In this document: positions 11,257-23,740 of the stretch, piece by piece
How the letters are laid out: each line of letters starts with the position of its first letter
Position numbering within the stretch: the first letter of the stretch is position 1
Assembly (NCBI RefSeq): GCF_006345805.1
Contig: NW_021835243.1
Span: 1-42,327, forward strand
DNA: 42,327 nt
Direction of reading: 5' to 3'
From: Octopus sinensis
Taxonomy: Eukaryota
Made by a program: the position numbers and the translations under genes
The notes under the pieces: model-generated
The model's database searches: none
Told to the model about the DNA's origin: nothing
The model's input: only the letters and a program-made list of their open reading frames with translations

Positions 11257-11949
11257 TTTATATGTTTTTCTTGAAACTGCAGTACAAAGACTCAGTACAG
11301 TTGTTGTGAGAATCCAGTTGCATGGTCAAGGAAAAGAATGAAAAAATGGTCAAGAATAATCAAAATCTTTCATCAATCAAAGCTTGTTCCAAAGTTCAAA
11401 GACGAACAGCGGTAAAGCCACAGCCCTTTTGCGAACCCATCAAAGCTGAATATCCCACAGAACCTTTCGAATGCTTGAATAAACTTTAAAAGAAAAGCAT
11501 CCTAGCGTTTAAAGTAAAGAAGGAGAAAGCGCACTTGGAGTCTTTATATTACAGGATATTATTTTCAGATCTTAATTGGAGGATAAGATGCTTCCCGCTT
11601 TGAACAAGAATAACTAAACTAGCAGGTAAATCAAATAATCCTAGGTATGGAGTCATTCCTTATAACATTATCGGTATATCAAGTGGACAGGTACATACAA
11701 GAAAGAAGCTTGTTATGAGTCTCCACAAATTGCAACGTTTACACATGTTGGGAGGGTAGGGAGTTAGGAATTTCTTGATTCGAAAATTTGAGCTAGTGAT
11801 TGCTAAGTTTCTGAGTTAGATAAAAAGGCTTGTGAAGTCAGGATGACGAGCGGGATCAGCTTGGTGTGTTTTGCTTCCGAATTTGGAAATTACTTAAAGA
11901 GACTCTTGTTTGGCTCCTAATCTTAATACACTGAACGTGCTCAGAGCCT

Positions 11950-12339
11950 ATCCGGTTTATGGAAAAACGGTTCTCATTCGGTATTGGCGTATATTTACCG
12001 ACGATACTTTTAACCGTCCATTTCCAACGCCTGCGGATAAGGGCACCGCAGCTATCGTGGTCCAACAGGAGGCGAATCGAGGATGTCCAACAAAGGGTCC
12101 ACAGATTAACCGAACGTTGGTCGCACGATAACAAACGCTCGGATCTGGGTCCTCTGGAGGACCTGATGTAGCAGAATTTCAGATTGTTTGCGAATGCTGC
12201 GACAAATGCGGCCAGCCCCCCGGTGGGATCTTGTGTGGGCTCGTGGAAAGATCACCGAGCAAGGATACGTTGAGTGCATCTGGATCACGTGATATTTGTT
12301 CGGTTTTTACCGTGGTCTTGGTGTTTTAATAATAATAAT
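11950..12339 (+). mobile_element. LINE 3' fragment with (TAA)n tail
   Basis: PQLSWSNRRRIEDVQQRVHRLT resembles the post-RT region of LINEs. 3' motif shared with 40893-40927. TAA repeats at 12327-12339. Confidence 0.55.
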
Positions 12340-12360
12340 TTAAACTTATAATTTTTGAAA

Positions 12361-12420
12361 GGCTCCTTGTGATCGTCTGATTAAATCGTTCAACAATTCC
12401 CTGACTCTTGGGATTGTTCT
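12361..12420 (-). mobile_element. Integrase fragment (Gypsy/Ginger-like)
   Basis: NPKSQGIVERFNQTITR, the catalytic-E motif. Confidence 0.5.
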
Positions 12421-12517
12421 TCCATGTACTTCTTGAACACAAAACTCTGCATAGATGATTAAAGACCTCAAACTCAGTGTCAGTGGACATTATTTAAATG
12501 AACTGTTCGAACATTTA

Positions 12518-14121
12518 CAGTGGGTCAAATTAGTCTTGGGACACTTGTATATTTTTAATAAAATTTTCTTTTCTTAAACATACCTGTTTTTATCTCATTT
12601 TTTCCAAAGGCTAAAAAATTAAGCAAAGTTTTTTACATAATAAAACATTTAAAAATAATCCAAGGAAAATTTTATTTGAAAAAATTTTGACATTTTAAAC
12701 AAACAGTCACAAAATCAAATGCTAATTAGTCTTGGGACAAATTACTTAATACTTTGTAAAGTATCCGTTATTCTCCAAAACTGCATTTAAGCGATTTTTA
12801 TAATTGTTAACAAGCTTTTTACAAGTTTCAACAGGAATTTTATTCCATTCTTCAAAACAAAATGATTTTAATTCCGCAATATTTTTTGGATTATGCGCCC
12901 ATACTTTGGCTTTTAATTCCTTCCAAAGGTTTTCAATCGGATTAAGATCTGGGGACTGACTTGGCCATTCAAGGGTATCAATCAAATGTTCTTCTAGCCA
13001 TTTTTGAGTTTTTTTTGCGCTGTGCTTTGGATCATTGTCTTGTTGAAATGTCCAATTTTCTGCAATACCACATTTCTCAATTGACGAAAATAGATTTTTT
13101 TCCAAAATATCACAGTATTTAGAAGCATTCAATATTCCGTCAATTACATGAAGTTCTCCAACGCCCCAAGAAGAAAAACACCCCCATAGCATAATACTGC
13201 CACCTCCATGTTTAACTGTTGGTATGGTATTTTTTGGACGATATTCATCCTTCGATTTACGCCACACGTAGCTTGTATAATTGTGTCCAAAAATTTCTAT
13301 CTTTGTTTCATCCGACCAAATAATATTATTTAGAAAGTCGTCGTCTTTAAGTAAAATTTTTTTGGCATATTTTAGCCGTGCATGGACGTGTTTCTTAGTA
13401 AGCAGCGGAACTTTACGTGGACGACATTTATGGAACCCTTCTTTTCTTAGGGCATTTGTAACAGTCTGTGAGCATACTGGTGTTCCTATCTCACCCAAGT
13501 AAGTAGAGAGTTGTTTACGAGATAATCTCGGATTATCAAGCACTTTTCGTCTAATTATGGAAATTGATCGAGATGATATTTTTTTGGTTGTCCTGATCTT
13601 GGCTTATTTTTGGTAGTTTTAAATAATTTTCATTTATTGATAATGTTCCATACTGTACTCTTCGGAATATGAACACTTTCGGAAATTTTTCGGATTGAGT
13701 TTCCTGCATTATATTCAAGAAGTATAAGTTTTTTTATTTCTTCTGAATGTTCCTTTCGCTTAAGCATGTACAAAATATTAATCGCAAATAATGCTAATAA
13801 TCATTTAAATATAGGAATTAATCCGGAATTAGTATAATTTCGTTGATCGATATGTAGATCAATTCAATTATTTTATCAAAAAGTAAATAAATAACTAACT
13901 GTCCCAAGACTAATTGGAACATGATATTCTATCTGTTGGAAATAAATGTGAAATTTTTCTATAAATAAAACGAATTTTGTAATTTTTTTATGATCTAGGA
14001 TGTAAAGAAAACTAGGAGCACTATTATACTATTGGAAAAAATTAAATAAAAACAGCTATGTTAACGAAAATAAAATTTTATTAAAAATAAACAAGTGTCC
14101 CAAGACTAATTTGACCCACTG
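12518..14121 (-). mobile_element. Tc1-family DD34E transposon with IR/DR-type long TIRs
   Basis: TA TSDs (12516-17, 14122-23). 30-bp perfect outer TIR CAGTGGGTCAAATTAGTCTTGGGACACTTG. WSDETK / QQDNDPKH / 34 residues / NPIENLW. The N-terminus from ATG 13767 has a stop and frameshifts. Confidence 0.95.
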
Positions 14122-14252
14122 TATTCAAATTTGCAAACTAAGCAACGATTTAAATTATTAATGCTATTCAATAAATTCATCTTTATAACAAAAAAAAATT
14201 ATGTTAAAAAAAATTTATATAATAATAAATTTTGTGATATTACATTAATTTT

Positions 14253-17200
14253 ATGTTAAACACATTTTTTATTTTTAAATTTCAAATCGTTCTAATCATA
14301 ATTCACCAAGTACATCCCCTGACACAAATAAAATGCCCATTGCCAAATTCAGATGAAAGCAGGGAGCATAAAGTCTGCTGGGGCGAGTCCGTAGTTTGTC
14401 TTGCTGTGTTTGATTCGATGAAAAGACCCGTATATTTGCTCTAATCAAACATAGAAACATGAAGAATGCGCTGACAATGTCAATTGTGCCACGTTTTTCA
14501 CAGATAAAATACACGTGATCAACAAATGTGGCAGTTTCAAAACAAGTGAGGAGACCATCATGTGTTGCTGTAGCGAAGACTGTCCTGTGCAATGGCCTCT
14601 CAATACCACCAAAATTATAAATAACACAGAAATCATCAAACGTGAGAACAACTCAATGAAACTTTTTGTAATCATTTTTGCAATTTTAAGTATCTTTACA
14701 ATTATTGGTGTCTATTTAAATCACAAATGGGATGAGCCACGTAGAAACACTCAAGACTATAAGAATATATTACGAAAATCAAGAAAACTGTATTTAATTA
14801 AACCAAAACAATTAACTAATCTGAAAGTATTATGTCGCGACCCACGCTGGCGACCATCCCACGCTGGCGACCATCAGTTTGACAGGTTATGACCTTCAGT
14901 TTGACAGGTGATTAGTTATTTAATTTAAACCGGAAAAAATTCATTTTAAGAAATGGTTTAGCGTCATTTTAGAAAAAAAATTATGGTTTCTCTCAAAATA
15001 TGTTAGCATGAAAAAAGCGACTCAATTTATCATTATTAATGATCGGTATATTTGCGACTCCTAACTCATAGTCTTTATAATCATAATAATATTATGTATA
15101 TTTACGCTACAGTTCCTATTAAATGAAAATGGAATTTTACATGGGAAATTTGGCAATCATGACGTGGCTATTAAAAGATACGCGAACAGCGATTTATTTC
15201 ACAATGAGCTGACAATATTTGGGTATCTTTCCATTTCAAAGGACCACCGGCAACACTGCGTAGGCTGTGTTGGTTTTACAGAATCTCCTCAATTACTATT
15301 GACAGAGTATCACAGCCAAGCATCACTGTCCTGGCACATACATAATGTAGCAACTGGATTTTATTCGTAGAAAAATTCAAATCCTGGAAACCTACTTGGT
15401 TGATAGCATGTGCCGCAACTTTGGTTGATAGCATGTGCCGCAACCTAAAAAAGAACGATTGTGAGACCCGAAAGATTTACGGCCTATAACATGCATGTCG
15501 ACACTTATAAGTTAGTTACCAAGTGTGTTAATGGAAAACTGTCTGAGTTCATGGATGTATTTGGCTTAATTTCCGAAAATCAACTTGGTACGAGGAGACA
15601 GTGTCAGGGTGCTAAAGAACAGGCCCTTATTAACCAATGCCTAAATAAAGAGTATGGAATGGGGCTATACTTGCATGGATTGATGTCAAGAAGGCTTTCG
15701 ATTCTGTTGACCACGACTTTCTATTTCATGTGTTGGAGTGCTCTGGGATACCTTTATGGATTGTTAACTTTGTGAAAAGGACTGTACGAATGTGGACTGT
15801 AAAGCTCCATGTTGACGGAAGGAGAATTGGTTCTGTAAAGTTGAGCCGAGGGATTTTACAAGGAGACTCGTTATCTCCGCAACTGTTGTTATGGTGATGG
15901 ACCCACTAAGCAGGATTCTTAATGCCATGTTTCCAAGGTTCAGATTAATCAACAGGACCAAAATAGTTGACCTATTCTACTAATCATTTGTTCTTCATTG
16001 ACGACCTAAAGATTCGCTCTAAAGAAGATGTAGTAATAAAATGATGGAAGCTGTTGATGGATTCTTTAAATGTTGGCTTGGAGATGAATTCAGAAAAGTC
16101 TGCATCAAATGTTCAAATCTTTATCTTGTTGTGAGACTTTGGAAGGAGTCAAAGGATATCGCTATTGGGTGTACTTGAAGATGCAGGAAGTAATGTTCTT
16201 AAGAGTAAAGTAATGGATTCTATCCTTGGAAATGTAAAGGAAGGATAACCATGCTTTCAAAGACGAAATTAAATGCGGTAAATTTATTCCACGCTATATA
16301 AATGAACATGCCATTTCTCTATATAATTATTACATTGGGCATTAATATTGAACCTCATGAATTTGATTGTATTGACCGTCAAATACGACAACTTCTTACG
16401 ACTCTCAGACTCCATCTCAAACCTGCAAATAAAGAGAGGTTATATTTAAATCGGAAATCTCTTGGGAGAGGACTTGCTTCAGTCTCTTTCAGAAGTGAAC
16501 TGATACTTTTCCAGTTCATGAAAAGTTTAGAAAGACAGTCGACAGTATGCTTACGGAGATCGGGAATCCTGCGTGTGATACAAATAAATAAATGGCATAT
16601 GGCCACAATTGCAGGATTTCTCGCCTCCAAGTATGCAATCTCGACATGGAGAATTTGGGTGTTGAATTTATCAAAGATGCTCAAAGAAATATTTGCTTAA
16701 GAACATCAATTGTAAAATGCTACATTCGGTTCTATTCAAAGCATGGACGAACAAAATGTTGATCTACACATCCTCAGAGTGGTTATCTAAAGGAAATAAT
16801 GGTCCACGGAGTGAAGCATTGTATACTGTCTCTTGCAGGATAGGAATTTGTTTTCACATCCATGGGATCTTTATGCAGTCACTGCAAAAAATGCAAGAAA
16901 ACAGTTGATCATTTGGCTACGCAGTGTGGGAAGATGTTAAACAGTGATTATCTGCGGAGACACAATGAAGTTGTGAAGTGCATTCACCTTCATTTGTGTC
17001 GAACCTACGGTATTAAGAGAGGAAGCAAATTAAAGACTCATTCTGTTCAGTCCATATTATCGACGCAGAATGTTGAAATCAGAGTCGATATGTCAATCAT
17101 GACGGAAACTAAAGTTCAATCCAACAAACCAGATATCTTCGTGTATGACAAAACCAAACAAGAGATAACCTTAATGAAGTTGGCATCACGTCACAAGATC

Positions 17201-18412
17201 GCCTCAAACAAGTCGAAATCGAGAAATTTCGTAAATATGATCTGCTCGCAAACGAACTTTCGATACTTTATGGCAAAGGTAAAGATTATCCCGGTTGTCT
17301 TGACCTGGGACGGTGTGGTTCGAGATATTTCAAAAACTATATGGACAAATTATCGATCGAAAAAGCCCAAGAACTTATATTCAATTGTCGTTTTAAAAAG
17401 GACTCTAGAAAGCATGGTAGTTGAACACAGACATGGAGTGAGAGTATCTACCGAAGAATACGCCTCTGCTGTTACCAGCTTGCAGAAGTGGCATGCTGCC
17501 GTGACACGCCGGTGATGAAGATGTGAGACAAATAGAAAATCTATCTGACTGGGAGATGGAGAGTGAGAAGGAACTGGTTGCAAGGTCTTCTCCTAAAGGA
17601 GAAAGATTCCAATAAGCGGACTGAGAATCTAAATTAAATAGTCTAGCTTAAGTTAAATTGTTTCGATAACAAAAATTATGTATATTTACGCTACAGTCCT
17701 ATTAAATGAAAATGGAATTTTACATGGGAAATTTGGCAATCATGACGTGGCTATTAAAAGATACGCGAACAGCGATTTATTTCACAATGAGCTGACAATA
17801 TTTGGGTATCTTCCATTTCAAAGGACCACCGGCAACACTGCGTAGGCTGTGTTGGTTTTACAGAATCTCCTCAATTACTATTGACAGAGTATCACAGCCA
17901 AGCATCACTGTCCTGGCACATACATAATGTAGCAAACTGGATTTTATTCGTAGAAAAATTCAAATCCTGGAAACCTACTTTGGTTGATAGCATGTGCCGC
18001 AACTTCTGTGGCTTATATTCATTCGCGTTCGATAGTTCACAGAGACATAAAACCTGACAACTTTCTGGTATCAGATGACTGCAAGAATGTCGTTCTCTGT
18101 GACTTTGAATTTGCCCATTGCTTCAAACTACCTCAGGAGAGTCGTCTTTGTCATTCAAAAGTGGGATCCCCTGCATACATGGCGCCCGAGTTGTGGGAAG
18201 GGAATATAAACTATCGACTGGATAGCTACATACTCGTCGATATCTACGCTTTTGGGTGTATGATCAAGGAGGCGTTGGAGGCAAATACCAGTTGGAATTA
18301 CAGACAGATTATTGAACAGTGCCGGGATGATTGTCTCATTCATGATGTTCATTTCAGGCTCTCCTCTGCTGATATCATTGCTAAAATATTTATTGGTTTA
18401 TGTGGAGAATAA
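14253..18412 (+). CDS. TGF-beta/activin type II-like receptor Ser/Thr kinase (TKL), micro-intron-containing, split by insertions
   Basis: After removing the 25-nt intron 14430-14454: signal peptide, 10-Cys ectodomain ending CCCSEDC, TM (LFVIIFAILSIFTIIGVYL), no GS box. Kinase motifs VAIK, HRDIKPDN, and KVGSPAYMAPELWEGNINYRLDSYILVDIYAFG resembling the ACVR2 segment [32 protein letters not shown]. Confidence 0.78.
14836..15089. mobile_element. 254-bp unclassified insertion within a receptor intron
   Basis: 8-bp direct repeat TATTATGT at 14828-14835 and 15090-15097. Internal short duplications (CCCACGCTGGCGACCATC x2, TCAGTTTGACAGGT x2). No TIR seen. Confidence 0.55.
15091..18005. repeat. 331-bp direct repeat (15091-15421 and 17675-18005) flanking the retroelement
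   Basis: By manual alignment the copies differ only by four single-base indels in homopolymer runs. Confidence 0.95.
15446..17674 (+). mobile_element. 5'-truncated R4/Dong-like RLE non-LTR retrotransposon
   Basis: ENQLG..GAKEQALIN, AWIDVKKAFDSV, RGILQGDSLSP and FFIDDLK (RT); C..C....DH...C and RRHNEVV (CCHC); NKPDIFVYDK (RLE); short A tail at 17671-17675. Confidence 0.9.
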
Positions 18413-18679
18413 TATATCACCGTTTTACTCTATAATGTAGAGACCTTGTTCTTCATTAAGGATATTTTGGACTTCAAAAAAGCAAGCAGGCATAATTCAT
18501 TCGTCAACAAAAAATGATTTAAAATCAATTATTCCTTTTTTGAAGATAGAATATAATAGTTTTTATTTGTTCAAGAAAAACCACTAAAATATTTTTATAA
18601 TTTTAGAATATTTTATTATTTTTTAAATGATTAATTAACCTCTTTTAATATAATAATTTAGTTTATTTTCCATACTCCC

Positions 18680-19600
18680 CTTCAACGAACTCTCTCTGGA
18701 GTTGCCGACTGCCGACCTCCTGGAATTCTGGACTGACGCTAAACTACCCCTCCCGTCCGACATGTCTGTGCAACGGGAATGGGATGAAATCTGGGCCGCC
18801 GACTCGTTTTCAAAGATGAAACCAGAGCTAGACCAACACCGGCTAGCGTGCCTACTCTCGGCCGCATATCCTCAAGCGGTGCATGGCTCGGCGCCTACCC
18901 ATCTACATCAACAGGAACCTTTTTGGATGACGACTGCCTGAGGATCGGGATCTCCCTTCGGCTTGGCCTCAACATATGCAGCATCCACCGATGCCGATGT
19001 GGAGCCAAAGTCGACGCAAAAGGGCTTCACCATCTTTCGTGTCGCAGGAGTGCCGGTCGATGTCCTCGCCACGCCTCGTTAAATGACGTCGTGTTTAGAG
19101 CCCTCAAGGCTGCAGGCTTTCCGTCACAACTTGAGCCTGTCGGATTGGACCGTGGTGACGGCAAACGCCCAGACGGAATGACAATCTTTCCTTTTCGGGA
19201 GGCCAAGTGCCTTGTCTGGGATGGTACGTGCATCGACTCTTTCTCTCCATCGGCAATCATGTCATCTGCCACTTCCCCCGGGTCCGCTGCGGAAAAGGCT
19301 GAGACGGCCAAAATTAAAAAAATAACAAGAACTTGGACGCCGTTTTATATTCGTACCAATCGCTTTGGAGACTTCGGGCGTCGCAGGGCCTCTAACCTCG
19401 GCCTTCATCAGCGACATCGGGAGGAAATTGGCCCACAGGACGAAAGAGCCACGCGAGGTTTCGTGGCTATTGCAGCGGATATCCATCGCCATTCTCCGTG
19501 GCAACACGCATGCGGTACTTTCCGCAGGAGGGTGCGTGCTTTAGCCCCCCCAGAATTCCCCCTCTGTACATTCCTAACTTAATTTGTTTTCTTTTTTTGA
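18680..19600 (+). mobile_element. 5'-truncated CRE-clade element (RLE half)
   Basis: SGAWL..CRCG..HHLSCRRSAGRCPRH..GKRPDGMT..LVWDGTC; frameshifted 3' part. Confidence 0.88.
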
Positions 19601-19769
19601 AAAAAAGATATCTTGTAAAACAACTGCGAGAGAAGCTATTATTAACAATTCACCCAAAACATGGGTAGCATTATTTTTAGCAACGATTCGGCAATTTTGT
19701 AGGATGCAAGTAACCCATCTATGAAATAGGTTAAAAGTAATACTTTTTCCTGCAAGAACATGATGAGTG

Positions 19770-20040
19770 ATTAACTTTTGAATGGTAGTAGGTTCATCAA
19801 TCTTGTTTTTATATTTTGAAAATATTCGTGCGAAGATTCGACTATATTTGGATGTTTAGTCCTCATATGGTGTACTAATCTTGACAATTTCATTGAACTA
19901 TTTTTGCAGATTATGAAAAAAGGTTTAGATTTGTCTCCACTAAAATAAAAATAATACCATGATCTATTTTCTTTCCATACACCATTCGAGTATTTTTTAT
20001 GTACCAAAATTGGTGCACCACGGTTGAGAATCACCGGTCT
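19770..20040 (-). mobile_element. hAT (ZBED5/Buster-like) 5' end with BED-finger fragment
   Basis: KP..IC..SMKLSRLVHHMRTKHP; terminal CCGGTGATTCTCAACC resembles Charlie/Buster TIRs. Confidence 0.6.
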
Positions 20041-20044
20041 GAAT

Positions 20045-20702
20045 CAATTATGGCAGTCACTCTCTGTAAAAATTCAAATCTGTAGTTGTGCTTTAGACTT
20101 TTTATGATCCCCATATTACATGGCTGAATGGGAATAAAGTCATTCATTTTCATAGTTTTACCAAAGCTAGTAGTTTTATGGGTTAATATGTGACCATTCA
20201 TTGGCACATTTCTCCCTGGTTTGAGCAAACCAGACGGACAAAGCAGTCTCTACATTTTTTTCTTTGCCATGGCGTCGTCTTTTGCAACTAAAATTGGTGC
20301 AATTTGATTCAGCCAATAACATAATTTCTTCTCTGTTCTTCAAAATCCCTGAAACTTGAGACTGAAAACATTGGAATCCTCCTTGAATAAACAAATTGAT
20401 TATTTCCAATTTTTGAGAAAGTGTAAGATCACCACGTAACATAAATGAGATGCGCAATGATAATTCAATTTTAAAATTACAAATTATTGTTATGCAATTA
20501 AGCAAAAATTTTTATAAGAAAAAATAGTAAATGTTCCCAATGAGAGTATGCAATAAACCGATTTATGCAATTAACCGATATATTTTGAATGTAAAGTATA
20601 TAAATTATGGTTTTAAACATAAATTTATGCAATTAACCGATATATTTTGCATGTAAAGTATAATTTTACACATAAATTTATGCAATTAACCAATTTCTAC
20701 TG
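20045..20702 (-). mobile_element. Internally deleted pogo/Tigger element
   Basis: TA|CAGTAGAA terminus (20702-20704), repeated subterminal TATGCAATTAACC, HTH-psq/CENP-B segment, and IQPCNMGIIKSLKHNYR of DDE_1. Confidence 0.8.
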
Positions 20703-22079
20703 TAATTTAATTGAAAAATCGGTTTTTAATTATAAAATATAAATAAGAAAAGTCATTTTTATGCGAAAAAATTACTTGACTGTTTCAGTGGAGGATGGCG
20801 ATACAATTCTTTCCCAAAGCCACGATGATTTACGTGGCTCACTTATACTATTAGTAGTTCATTTCTAAAATCAATGAGGAAGGCCGTGTTGAGATCCCAC
20901 GCCTGAAGTTTCGATTAGGACTTGAAATCTATATAGTATAGTTTAAATCAATCTTATATACAAAAATTATAATATTTCAAACTGAAAGACCCCTGGCCTT
21001 TAAGAATGACACAACCAGATCATCAGGTAACTCGTTTGCTATCAGCAGGTGCAGCCACTGGGGAATCATAATTGCTGATATAACTTATAATTCAAACGCG
21101 TGACGCTAAAACCAAACATATTCCCCTTTGGAAGGGAAAGGTCGTCATTCTGTGTGCTCTTCTCCCGTCTACTGCGGATTCCAGTTAAGTGTGGAATCCA
21201 GAATTACGGAGAGACCGGTGGATGATCTGATTTAGTTTTGGATGTCGTAAAAGCTTTTAATTCCGTGATGACATGTAAGGGAGTCATTGCTGTACCACCC
21301 ATCGGCTGTTTATTGTAATCAGAAAGAACATTCTCAATCATTTCTTAGAGGACCGACAAGAAGTACGCCCCAAGTCAACTAGGGTGGTCAGACAGATGCT
21401 TCCAAAGAGTGAGTTGTCTCTATGTCTGCATTAAAATAGATATTTAGAATAATATTATCTAAATCTATCATATGTCTTTAAGACTTAGCTCTTTGGAACA
21501 GAAATTGTCGGTTTTATTGGAATTGAAAACAAGGAAAGCTCTTTATTGACACCTCTTAATAAGCTTTATATTCAAATATCATCTAATTTATACTTAAAAC
21601 CAGAAATTGTGGCCACATGTGTGTTTTTTAACATCCGAAAATACCTGCTTTTCTGATCAGACAAAAAAGCGAAATAGAATGCATTCCCCTAAATTAAAAT
21701 TAGGCATCAAGAGAAAAAAATAGCATAAAAATGAATGAAAAAATAAAAATGCTCATTTTTAATATTATTTTCGTATTAACAAATTTTGTTTTATAAATAC
21801 CGAAATCTCCTTAATTGATACTCAGATTTCAAAGAGAATATTAAAATTGATAGCCTTCCTTAACAAAAATATTAAATAAATATTTTCAAAAAGAGGAATA
21901 ATCATTTTTGTTTTAGAAAAGACTCGAGTATCAATGCGTCAATACTTCTTAGGTAAATCGGACAGGAGACGAATTTGCTAACCAGCAAGCAAGACATTCC
22001 TTATGAAATGTGTGGAAGTAAGGGAGATGTCTTATAATGTCGTCGTTTTGGTAATCGCACAGACAAATGACACTACTGA

Positions 22080-22340
22080 ATGGACATAAATGAAGAACTG
22101 AGGACTGAAGTGATGGAACTAAGCGTCACGGCCTGTGAGAATTTCTTGACAAATAATGAAGCAAGCATATATTATTAATGATGTTGATTTGTCAAAGAAA
22201 CATTGGACAAAAAATTCGGGACAGGATAGCACGTGGTCATCTGGGAAAGTTTCGGGTTCGATTTAATGCGAGAAGCCTCAACGTTGCTTTACATGTGCTT
22301 TGCGGGCTTTCTGGGAATACTCTCCTGGAAGTGTTCTTAA
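22080..22340 (+). pseudogene. DNAL4: Dynein axonemal light chain 4-like relic
   Basis: DINEELRTEVMELSVTACENFLTNNE..KETLDKKFGTG*HVVIWESFGF..LLYMCFAG..WKCS* matches the DNAL4 pattern. TAG replaces the conserved Trp codon. Confidence 0.8.
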
Positions 22341-23399
22341 TCTTACCTGATTGCTAAAATTAATAATACAAGGTTACTCTCATTCTGGAATTTCCTATTT
22401 CATTTTTTGAAAGAATAATTGAAGTCTCGAAATGAACATTTTTCCTTGAATAAGAAAAGTGCTCAACTCAACAAATATTCTGCCATCTTTATCAAAGATC
22501 GCTGCAGATTATAATTAAGAGTGAAATCCAACAGTTCGGAAACACCCGCGGATGATCTCGTTTAGTTGTGGAAGATATTATTAGAGAAAATTTATTTTTA
22601 TCGTCACGAATTGACAAGGAAAGTACTAAATAAATGAATGGTATGTAGAAATTTCAGGGCTTTACTTCACCCGTTTTTTGTTTTGGATCTATTCAAAAAA
22701 TTTATTTTGTGTTAAATTTAGTCGATTTATATTTCTAAACCCTTGCCGATTTGAGTCTAATTTTTGTTTTGAAGACAAAATACATTGAAAAATAAATTTT
22801 CAGCAAACCACGATTAAAGAAGCATTCCTATTAAACCTATTTTGTTTATAAACCATTCCAAATAATGTAATTTCAACGCCCAAACAGAATGACTTGTTAC
22901 TTTTCCGTGAAGGGAAATCTTTTGTTTGAAATGTGTCATGCTTAGACTCTTTATCAAAATGCCTTTGCTTTCGTCAGCGACTGGGAGATATGTCAGTTGA
23001 AAAGGAATAGAAGTACGTCCCTCTCTTGAACAATGTGGAAATCATCCAACTTGGGTTTGAGAAAAGAGCTGTCACTGGTGAGAAAGCAGAGGTATTTTTG
23101 AAGGAGGTCGAAAACATTACTTCCAAACGCACATTTGAGAGGAGAATGACCGTACGACTGTTCCAGATAATCTCAATCACGAGCCCGAAAAGAAACAAAT
23201 TGGCTATTCGCCATTCTAAACTGGTAAAATATATTTGATCGAAATTAAATTATTAGCGATGGGTGTTGATTTATTATACTTTACATTTCTGTAGTAAGAA
23301 TAAGGCAATAAAATTTTTTTATAAAATGAATGTGAGAATTGCATTTTTTGAATCTAGTTTACTTACTTTAGGCCTAAGAGTCAATCCACTCCAAAAGCA

Positions 23400-23740
23400 G
23401 TCGGCCTTTTTGGAACGACGGCAGGCGTCCCGACAGGATAAAGACCTTTCCTTTTTTGGAAGGCAGGTCCCTATGACTTTTTTTGGCGACGATGCTACCC
23501 AAGACTTGGAGCAACTTGTCCTCCGCCAGTACTCAGATCGAAGAGGACAAAATACCTGTGTATTCTAACCCTTGTCTTCGAAACCTCAGGAATCGTCGAC
23601 AAAACCGCGACACAACTCCTCACTGACATTGATAGGAGAATCTCCTTGAAAACAAACGACGGAAGGGAGAGAAGCTGACTCTTTTAGCGAATCTTGGTTG
23701 CTGAGCTCCACAGAAACTGTCATTCAATACACAAGTCGGT
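23400..23740 (+). mobile_element. Highly degraded CRE 3' fragment
   Basis: DGRRPDR.KTFP, LVFETSG and ..RILVA remnants. Confidence 0.6.

Noticed and set aside
9901-20854. Helitron-like 3' ends sharing ACGTGGCT..CTATTAG (9917-9935, 20832-20854)
   Set aside because: They lack the canonical CTRR terminus and linked Helitron sequence; too short to call.
14452-22229. Stop-codon reassignment (TAG read as sense)
   Set aside because: The TAG at 14452-14454 is an intron acceptor, and the DNAL4 TAG is one change from TGG. TAA, TAG and TGA all end conserved ORFs at the expected places.
23026-23238. Short ORF as a host gene exon
   Set aside because: No recognisable motif and no supported splice structure.
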